DNA of 64,000 nt from an uncultured virus (IMG/VR IMGVR_UViG_3300028603_000035). Taxonomy: Duplodnaviria; Heunggongvirae; Uroviricota; Caudoviricetes; Crassvirales. Numbering within the stretch: position 1 is the stretch's first letter; every line of letters begins with the position of its first letter. Both the position numbers and the translations under genes were made by a program. Below, in pieces: positions 58,620 to 64,000 of the stretch. The notes under the pieces are model-generated. The model was not told where the DNA came from and did no database searches. It worked only from the letters and a program-made list of their open reading frames with translations. The DNA lies in IMG/VR virus record IMGVR_UViG_3300028603_000035; one strand, given 5' to 3'.

Positions 58620-59342
58620 TTACTTTTTAGTAGGAATATTTGACGCTTCCTCATTCAAGAAACTTCTATACCTTTCTTCTTTTACTCTCTCTAAGTACAG
58701 CCTTATACAATGGTTGAGGACTTCCTTTCGTTGAAAGTCATTCACATCGTCATAGCGTGTGTCGTTCCACTTACGTATATCGGAAGGTGTCATCGCAGGT
58801 GCTGGTGCTAACATCATATTAGGGTATCTGTAGTAGCTCACAAGAGCCTTAACGACATTAACCCTGCCATTGGTGTTAAAACGCACCTCGTTATTAGTCC
58901 TCACATAATACACCCTATTCTCACTCGGTCTTCTAAATACTGAATTACGAATAGTAGCTTCCTGTCCCGTACGCATAACGTGAACCTTCTTCCACTCACT
59001 TAAACCTTTACGTTTACATCTATCGCAATATAAAGAATCGTAATCTACCTTAACCATAATATTAGCCATACGGAAGTATTTATGATTTAAATCTTTAATG
59101 GCAAACTTATTATCTATAAGGTGCGAAAGCTCCTCTTTATATACTAATAGTGTTTCAAGGTCATCCATTTGCTTTGTAGTAAGCTCTATACCTTCTTTGA
59201 TAGACATATTATCGGCTATCCACTGCATCATACCCCACTCATTAAACAAACGTGTGAAGACAGCAGGATGAACAGTACCGGTGTATGTCTTCTTGATACC
59301 GTCTAAGAAGTAGGTAAACATTTCTTTGTTAGTATTCAACAT
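58620..59342 (-). CDS. tail ring / head-tail connector protein
   Basis: NSVFRRPSENRVYY and SYYRYP motifs; two genes after the major capsid gene. Confidence 0.55.
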   Translation of the reverse strand: MLNTNKEMFTYFLDGIKKTYTGTVHPAVFTRLFNEWGMMQWIADNMSIKEGIELTTKQMDDLETLLVYKEELSHLIDNKFAIKDLNHKYFRMANIMVKVDYDSLYCDRCKRKGLSEWKKVHVMRTGQEATIRNSVFRRPSENRVYYVRTNNEVRFNTNGRVNVVKALVSYYRYPNMMLAPAPAMTPSDIRKWNDTRYDDVNDFQRKEVLNHCIRLYLERVKEERYRSFLNEEASNIPTKK

Positions 59343-59353
59343 AACATTATCGA

Positions 59354-60550
59354 TTATTCGTCAAACATCATTGCTTGTATCTCGCTTTCTAACTTCTTGT
59401 TTTTCTCTATCTCGAACAGCTCTACGAGTAGCTTACGTTTGTCGTCTATGTCTTCAATCTCCTTATAGCGGTCTTTATACTTATTGAACATACCGTTAGG
59501 AGGGTAAACGTGTGCGTTAAGACTTCTTAAATCTTTTTCGGCAACTTCTTTTTCAAACTCCTTAGTCTCGTATATCACTTTCTTCTTACCGACTTCACGA
59601 TATAGAACGACATAGTCTTTAGTGTAAGTATCACCTATACGACCTTTGTATTCCTCCATAAGCTCCCCTGCCGTGAAAAGGTCGTCTTCTATTGAGGCTG
59701 CTATTTTATCTCTTAGCTGGTCTAACGAGCATTTATCTTCACTTGCTGCCACTCTATCACTAATAAGAACATCGTAATAAGGTTCTACCTCTTTCAATGC
59801 CGTGTAAAGCCTGTCCTTCAACGAAGCATTAGCATCTAAGTAGGCGATAGCTTTTACCATTGTCGTACCTAAGTAAGCCGTTTCCTGACTACCTTCACGA
59901 ACGACATAGTTAGCTCCCTTCTTAACGATGAGCTTATGTTTGATACAGTAGGCTATAAAAAGCTGTTCCTTCACTTGAGGGTTGTGCTTAGTACTACTAT
60001 TCAAGATAGCAGCGGGTGTCTTTTGTGCGGTCTTATACAACGCCGACAGCTTCTGATTGTCGGTATGTATTCCTTCCATATTGGTAACACCGGGTTGCAA
60101 TGACACTAACAGAGTGAGAATATCTAAATCTTCCGTTTTAGTCTCCTTGATAACATCGAATGCTGCTGCCACCATATCAAACTCCTTAAGTTCTGCGTTA
60201 GCTTCCACCTCAGGGTCTATAATATAACCGTCGTGGATGCCGTCTCTGTATTCCACCTTTGACGCTGCTATCCTACCACTCAACAAGGCTGCCTTTATGA
60301 TTGCCTTAGCCTCCGGATTGTCGGGGTCTATGTTCACATTATGCCTTATCTTATGCGGTACGTTAGGGTTTATCACAAACGGATACTTGACGCTTTGCTG
60401 TTCCGTCAACGGTTCTTCCCCTACCATCTGTTTATAGGTGAGGTCTTGACCCGTCAGAAACCTGCCGTTGTCTTCCACTATAGGTATAATATAACCCATT
60501 TTTCTTGCTGCTACGCTCTTTAACCAAAATCTTACTTTTCTATTACTCAT
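59354..60550 (-). CDS. capsid/portal-vertex-associated protein
   Basis: 398 aa immediately after the major capsid gene; YLGTTMVKAIAYL pattern; synteny. Confidence 0.5.
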   Translation of the reverse strand: MSNRKVRFWLKSVAARKMGYIIPIVEDNGRFLTGQDLTYKQMVGEEPLTEQQSVKYPFVINPNVPHKIRHNVNIDPDNPEAKAIIKAALLSGRIAASKVEYRDGIHDGYIIDPEVEANAELKEFDMVAAAFDVIKETKTEDLDILTLLVSLQPGVTNMEGIHTDNQKLSALYKTAQKTPAAILNSSTKHNPQVKEQLFIAYCIKHKLIVKKGANYVVREGSQETAYLGTTMVKAIAYLDANASLKDRLYTALKEVEPYYDVLISDRVAASEDKCSLDQLRDKIAASIEDDLFTAGELMEEYKGRIGDTYTKDYVVLYREVGKKKVIYETKEFEKEVAEKDLRSLNAHVYPPNGMFNKYKDRYKEIEDIDDKRKLLVELFEIEKNKKLESEIQAMMFDE

Positions 60551-60581
60551 ATCTTATTTTTTTAATTGTTAAATAACTCTT

Positions 60582-62084
60582 TTAATTGAATGCGTAAATG
60601 GTATTCGGATTCCAAGGTCTCTCAACGATGAAAGGAGTGTTAAGAGAGATGATACCCACTTGCCACAACATATGTACGTGCGTACCGTCTACAGACGAAG
60701 CGATGTTACCACCTTTGTCTATACCTGCTACCATACCTTTCACGCTCGGACGTAACGTACAGATAGTCTGTCCTTGTTGTCCTGCGGGAGTGTTACCTGT
60801 AGGAATAATATATCCCATCCACTCATTGCTACGGCTTCCGTCATTCAACGGTATGCCTGCACGGTTTTTGAAATGGTCGCTTTCAAGCAACACCAAACGT
60901 ATTCCTGAGAACTCATAATAGTTGTAGGTGTCTATAATGCCTGATTGCTCTCCACGTTTATACACCATATTTTGCACTTGAACGTGTTTGTTCTTACGTG
61001 CCAAGAAGCTGTTGAATGACATTTTAAGTCTACTACCGCATATCATCACTACTTCACGCAATCCTTCGTTATCGGTGCTTACATAGGGGTCTATCTCGCT
61101 CATAAACGACTCAAACCATTGGTCTGTAAAACCTTTAGATGTGATAGGAAAACGCATTGCTCCGTCGCCACTATACATTATACCGCTACCTGCTAACAAC
61201 TCACGTCCTCTTTCGTCTGTCAAGACGCATTTGTTGAGGTCTTGTGATACAGTAGTTTTACCTTCTAACAAAGCATTCTCTTGGAATTGAGCTGCTATAC
61301 GTGTCATCTGATAGTCTGCTTCGGTGATGAAGGATTGTACTCCTCCGTGTTCCATAAAATATCCGGATACCTTTTTAGCTTTGTCGATAGCCGCTGCCGT
61401 TCCTGAATACGAATATTTGATACGTTGTAAGGTAAGATATGCACGACCGATAGCTCCTGCAAAGTAACGTTCGTTACCTCTTTCGGAGAAGTCTTGCTCG
61501 TGTAGAGTGTGAATCAATTGAAACTCCATACCGTCGGCAAGCAAATTTTTGTTTACCACATCGGCATACTCTCCCGATACCAACTTAACGAACAACTTAT
61601 AAGTGTCGTTACTACTCGGTTCAGGGTCGTTGATGATAATCAACTGTGTCTGTCCGTCGGCAAGAACAATAACGTCTTTGTATCCGCTGACATTGTTATC
61701 AGTGAAAATCCAAAAACCTTCTTTCCCTTTACCGATATTATCGGCACTATTAAGGTCGTCAATATAGGTTTCTCCGTCGGCATTAGCCCTGAATAATCCG
61801 ATAGGAATATCAGCTTTCTCGATACGATACTCAAGGACATTAGAACCTACGGCTCTATACTTACCTGTGATATTACCACTCTCGTCGAAAAAAGACGAAG
61901 AATAGTTAAGACCTCTTGTCATTTTATTTTTAGACACCAAAAACGACGTCAAAGGTGCTACGTCTTTGTGTGCCGACATAATAATAGGAACATAGTCGGC
62001 ATTCATTCTTCCCAGCTCCATCAACATCTTGGAACTGATACTTTCCTGTGCCACCACCTGTGGCGTTGAATTTAATCTTTTCAT
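60582..62084 (-). CDS. major capsid protein
   Basis: 500 aa after the scaffold-like gene, with KLVSG, HEQDFSERG, GSGI and a C-terminal IASSVDGTHVHML..VGI segment characteristic of crAss-like capsid proteins. Confidence 0.82.
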   Translation of the reverse strand: MKRLNSTPQVVAQESISSKMLMELGRMNADYVPIIMSAHKDVAPLTSFLVSKNKMTRGLNYSSSFFDESGNITGKYRAVGSNVLEYRIEKADIPIGLFRANADGETYIDDLNSADNIGKGKEGFWIFTDNNVSGYKDVIVLADGQTQLIIINDPEPSSNDTYKLFVKLVSGEYADVVNKNLLADGMEFQLIHTLHEQDFSERGNERYFAGAIGRAYLTLQRIKYSYSGTAAAIDKAKKVSGYFMEHGGVQSFITEADYQMTRIAAQFQENALLEGKTTVSQDLNKCVLTDERGRELLAGSGIMYSGDGAMRFPITSKGFTDQWFESFMSEIDPYVSTDNEGLREVVMICGSRLKMSFNSFLARKNKHVQVQNMVYKRGEQSGIIDTYNYYEFSGIRLVLLESDHFKNRAGIPLNDGSRSNEWMGYIIPTGNTPAGQQGQTICTLRPSVKGMVAGIDKGGNIASSVDGTHVHMLWQVGIISLNTPFIVERPWNPNTIYAFN

Positions 62085-62128
62085 TTTTTTAATTCTTTAT
62101 TTAATTTATTTTTTTTAGTAACTGCTGC

Positions 62129-63259
62129 TTAACGTTGAGAAAACGACTCTACCATCATATCTTTTATTTCCAAGTCAGGTTTTCCTGCTACGGCAGCACT
62201 CTGCTCCTTACTGTTATCTAAGCGGTCTAACATATCCCACTTAACCTTTTCCGTTAATAGTGTTGAATAGCTATCAAGTTTGCCTTTAGCTTTCATCCAC
62301 AAGAAAGGTATAAGCTCGCTTATGGCTTCGGGGTTTTTTATCATCTCCGTCAGCTGCACCTCAGCGGGGGACATAGCAACCATATCTCCATTCTCTAACT
62401 TTATCACTTCTCGCTTCATAAACGTAGGAATGTCTTTTAAGTATTCTTCTTTGTCGGATTGACCGAATTTGAAACCACCAAAGACATCTTTAGTCTTAGC
62501 TTGCTCTACAAACAATTCTAAAGCCTTCTCAGCGTCTTTATTGTATTTAGCTACGTTATCATTAAAAACTTTAGTTTGTTCGTCAAAAGCTCTCTTTCTA
62601 TCGTCTAATTCTTTTTTTCTCAACTCCTCTTTGTAATCGGCAAACAATAGCTTCTTGTCAGCTTCGGAGAGTGAATTCAGCTTCTCCTCTACCTCGTCAT
62701 CTGTTAAGTTGGCATCTGTGCCTTGTCCGTACTTCTTAGTATAGACTTCCCTTACGATTTCGTCGGTAGTCTTCCGACCACTACCACTGCCTTTATCTAT
62801 ATAGTCGTTAATATCAAATTCCTTATCAAAAGACTTGCTTATCAAGTCTCGGACAAAAGTGTCTACATCCTTATTGCTTCCTAACTGCACCCAGTCTAAT
62901 ATAGCACCGAAGATAGCAGACTTCTTATCCGCTATGGTATAATCCGTGCCGTCGGCTTTCTTGTCCGTGAAGACCGCCTTGTTGAAAGCTATCTTCAGAT
63001 TATCATCTTCTACGCCCTCGTTGAGGATATTAGATATGGCGTCTAAGTGAGACCCATAATCTATAACTTCTTCTGCCGTCGCACTTGATTGTTTACCTTC
63101 GCTACCCTCAGGACTACTCTGTCCTCCTCCTTCTTTACCGCTACTACCGCCGTCAACACCTTCATCTCCCGACGGCATGTCTATTGCTACAGGCTCTTTG
63201 CCTTCCGCAAAAGGTGTTACGTCTAACATATCCTGTATTCCTAAATCTTGTTCTGTCAT
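62129..63259 (-). CDS. putative scaffolding protein
   Basis: Acidic, disordered N-terminus and helical body; directly upstream of the major capsid gene. Confidence 0.6.
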   Translation of the reverse strand: MTEQDLGIQDMLDVTPFAEGKEPVAIDMPSGDEGVDGGSSGKEGGGQSSPEGSEGKQSSATAEEVIDYGSHLDAISNILNEGVEDDNLKIAFNKAVFTDKKADGTDYTIADKKSAIFGAILDWVQLGSNKDVDTFVRDLISKSFDKEFDINDYIDKGSGSGRKTTDEIVREVYTKKYGQGTDANLTDDEVEEKLNSLSEADKKLLFADYKEELRKKELDDRKRAFDEQTKVFNDNVAKYNKDAEKALELFVEQAKTKDVFGGFKFGQSDKEEYLKDIPTFMKREVIKLENGDMVAMSPAEVQLTEMIKNPEAISELIPFLWMKAKGKLDSYSTLLTEKVKWDMLDRLDNSKEQSAAVAGKPDLEIKDMMVESFSQR

Positions 63260-63301
63260 ATCTTTTTTTTTTTTTTTTTTTTTTAATAAATATTTTTTTC
63301 T

Positions 63302-64000
63302 TTATCCACCTGAGCCGTAAGTAAGAGGTTTATCCCTTGCATCACGTCTTTTACTTCTTCTTTTTGTCTGAGCATAACGTCTTGCCGTAGCTTTATCGTA
63401 AGCTGCCTTGTTACTATCGCCTTTTTTCTCAAGCCACGCTCCTAAAGACTTTAATATTTCAGGGTCTTCGGCAGAGAGAGCATAAATCATATTGCTGATT
63501 TCATTATCTCTATTCTCAGTCATAGAGTTCTGATAGTCCGACAAAGTCTCCCTTATATTAGTAATGTTCTCGCTCTGTGCCGCTCCTCGCATAGCCTCGT
63601 GCTGTGCGTGCATCTGCTCGTCGAAATGTCTGTTGCTGACGCCAAGTTGTATGCCTTGCATCATAGCACCCATGTTAGCATTATCGGCAGCCATTTTAAG
63701 TTCTGCATTCTTAGCGTCTATAGAACCTCGTATCTCAGCAGCCTTATTATCGGCTTGCTTCAACACGGTAGGAATAAGGTCTTGTCGTCCTGCTCCACGT
63801 AAGTTACGTATAGCAGCAATCTTGCCTCTGTTGATGTCTTGTAGGTAAGGGTCGGCACTGATACGTTGCCCTACCATAAAAGGAACATCGGGAACACTAC
63901 CTCTCTGATACGGCGGCTCTTTCTTATTATGAAAATATTCAGCGATAGAGATAGCATCGTTAATGAGCTTGTTTCCTATAATATCGCCTTTATTCTTCTC
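63302..64000 (-). CDS. putative cargo protein, 3' part (start outside window)
   Basis: The frame stays open to the window edge (EKNKGDIIGNKL...PFMVGQR); A/Q/M-rich helices and a basic C-terminus. Confidence 0.6.
   Translation of the reverse strand, partial: EKNKGDIIGNKLINDAISIAEYFHNKKEPPYQRGSVPDVPFMVGQRISADPYLQDINRGKIAAIRNLRGAGRQDLIPTVLKQADNKAAEIRGSIDAKNAELKMAADNANMGAMMQGIQLGVSNRHFDEQMHAQHEAMRGAAQSENITNIRETLSDYQNSMTENRDNEISNMIYALSAEDPEILKSLGAWLEKKGDSNKAAYDKATARRYAQTKRRSKRRDARDKPLTYGSGG

Noticed and set aside
20436..63848. Numerous short plus-strand ORFs (and minus-strand ORFs in the early region)
   Set aside because: They are antisense shadows of long, motif-bearing genes and have no leaders or recognisable domains.

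Overview
The window is part of a crAss-like (Crassvirales-type) Bacteroidetes phage genome read in the standard genetic code. Minus-strand virion genes fill both ends. The left end has an Amidase_3 start and a tail fibre. From 18.9 to 64 kb lie scaffold, major capsid, ring/tail and muzzle-like genes plus two giant cargo polyproteins: 4237 aa (SF1 helicase, two zincin motifs) and 3374 aa (virion RNA polymerase GSDFDID motif, one zincin). A plus-strand early module at 3.35-18.8 kb encodes two membrane-anchored transglycosylase paralogues, HNH, an SSB-like protein, a Cas4-like nuclease, DnaB and RusA, but no recognisable DNA polymerase or primase. Four signals stand out. (1) A promoter-driven, TnpB-less IS200/IS605 omegaRNA whose guide falls inside a truncated tnpA. 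(2) A divergent control region with mirror-image cytosine depletion, G-quadruplex and telomere-like repeats, IHF-like sites and a well-formed H-type pseudoknot. (3) An AT-rich zincin cassette bounded by in-frame 36-bp direct repeats inside the 4237-aa protein. (4) A cassette-like mosaic of gene fragments with 60-bp repeats at 9-10.9 kb. Structural gene calls rest mainly on synteny and motifs; no database search was possible.
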